Shown here: piece after piece, positions 62,226-64,000 of the stretch
How positions within the stretch are numbered: the first letter of the stretch is position 1
How the letters are laid out: each line of letters opens with the position of its first letter
NCBI GenBank assembly: GCA_963727625.1
Contig: CAVSHR010000006.1
Span: 292,782 to 356,781 of the forward strand
Reading direction: 5' to 3'
Source: an uncultured delta proteobacterium
Lineage (GTDB): Bacteria; Desulfobacterota; Binatia; UBA9968
Length of the DNA: 64,000 bases
Notes under the pieces: model-generated
Told to the model about the DNA's origin: nothing
Database searches by the model: none
Seen by the model: the letters and a program-made list of their open reading frames with translations, nothing else
Translations under genes and position numbers: made by a program

Positions 62226-62852
62226 GTGCCGACTCCCGTTTTTGACCTCTATTTGGTAACCGACCGATCCCAAACTCGCGGCCGAGATCTTCTCTGGGTG
62301 CTGCAACAAGCCCTGGACGGCGGCGTCAATGCGGTTCAGTTGCGCGAAAAGGATCTGGGCGGCAAAGAACTCTTTGAACTCGCCGAGCAAGTTCGCCGTC
62401 TGTGCGACAGCTACAAGGCGGCACTTTACATCAACGACCGTGTCGATGTCGCTCTGGCGGTAGACGCCGCGGGCGTGCAGTTGGGAAAAACCTCGCTGCC
62501 GGTCGCGACCGCGCGCGCGCTGCTCGGTCAGCAAAAATTCATCGGCTATTCGATCCATTCCCTCGAAGAAGGCCAACAAGCCGAACGCAGCGGCGCCGAC
62601 TTCGTCTTATTCGGCCCGGTCTACTTTACCCCTTCTAAAGCGAGTTTCGGCGCGCCGCAGGGGCTCACCGCCCTCAAGAAAACTGTGGAAATCCTCGACC
62701 TCCCCGTCTATGCTATAGGCGGTATTAGGGCGGAAAACGCCATGGAAGTGCAAAGCGCAGGTGCCCGCGGGGTCGCGCTTATTAGCGCGATCATCAGCGC
62801 CGAAAAACCGCGAGACGCCGCGCAGACAATGGTGCAGTTGTTACGGAGGTGA
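62226..62852 (+). CDS. thiE: Thiamine-phosphate synthase
   Basis: LYLVTD, VQLREK, INDRVD, GPVYFTPSK, YAIGGI. Confidence 0.95.
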   Translation: MPTPVFDLYLVTDRSQTRGRDLLWVLQQALDGGVNAVQLREKDLGGKELFELAEQVRRLCDSYKAALYINDRVDVALAVDAAGVQLGKTSLPVATARALLGQQKFIGYSIHSLEEGQQAERSGADFVLFGPVYFTPSKASFGAPQGLTALKKTVEILDLPVYAIGGIRAENAMEVQSAGARGVALISAIISAEKPRDAAQTMVQLLRR

Positions 62853-62856
62853 GCGT

Positions 62857-63162
62857 TTGCAAGAGACCGCTCAGGAAGTTTTTGCCTACCTGCAAGGTAG
62901 TGTTTTGGTATCGCTGGCGCTTGCCTTTGTCGCCGGCCTCGCGGCAGTCAAAACGGTCGCCTATGAGCAGAGAGCAAGCGTAGTCTTATTCTTGATCGTC
63001 GGCGTGCTCGGTTTAATCCTGGGCGAGTTCATGATATTTTGGCTGAAGCTCGACGAATACCTCGAAAAAATCGCCGAACTGCGGATTGTATTCGACTTCG
63101 TCGCCGCGTATGTTGGTTCCTTCGTGATCGCGGCCATCATCCACTTCATTAAACCTACTTGA
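62857..63162 (+). CDS. Small three-TM membrane protein
   Basis: Three hydrophobic segments; TTG start after GGAGG inferred. Confidence 0.7.
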   Translation: MQETAQEVFAYLQGSVLVSLALAFVAGLAAVKTVAYEQRASVVLFLIVGVLGLILGEFMIFWLKLDEYLEKIAELRIVFDFVAAYVGSFVIAAIIHFIKPT

Positions 63163-63966
<804 letters not shown>

Positions 63967-64000
63967 TGATGGTCCGTAGCGGGTCGGACCAAGCTATGTT

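Overview
This window is mostly core chromosome from a GC-rich bacterium; the gene repertoire resembles Candidatus Binatia/Binatota (an unverified impression). In order it holds: gyrA (partial) and gyrB; a corrinoid uptake/salvage cluster (divergent cobS, AEC transporter, tonB, BtuB-like receptor, cobQ, DUF6580-like membrane protein) with two cobalamin riboswitches; an acyl-CoA dehydrogenase and two eroded Rossmann-fold pseudogenes; a protease-rich stretch (HtrA, LonC-like, BepA-like, PepF, DegQ); ychF, ribB fused to a degenerate GCH-II domain, panE, a diheme cytochrome c, MoxR, mltG, glucan phosphorylase and a NUDIX hydrolase; two paralogous exported coiled-coil/Zn-peptidase-like genes flanking a trypsin-like protease; a MarR-linked seven-gene operon; a DD-carboxypeptidase-SPOR gene; holA, a PLD nuclease, an OB-fold protein and a small Zn-finger gene; a TPP riboswitch with thiS-thiG-thiE; and tRNA-Thr(CGT) overlapped by a tyrosine integrase at the right edge. 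The best candidate for an undescribed system is the seven-gene operon at 45456-52438: CCG Fe-S protein, nucleoside phosphorylase, MtnA with a duplicated domain, class II aldolase-SCP2 fusion, acyl-CoA ligase, Ser-less ACP relic and PPTase. It looks like a DHAP-shunt pathway adapted to a lipophilic 5'-substituted nucleoside. Other highlights are a B12 riboswitch carrying two heptamer-repeat hairpin insertions, a contracted CxCH heme motif, and a probable CTG start codon. No CRISPR array or rRNA was seen. All calls are by eye, with no database searches.
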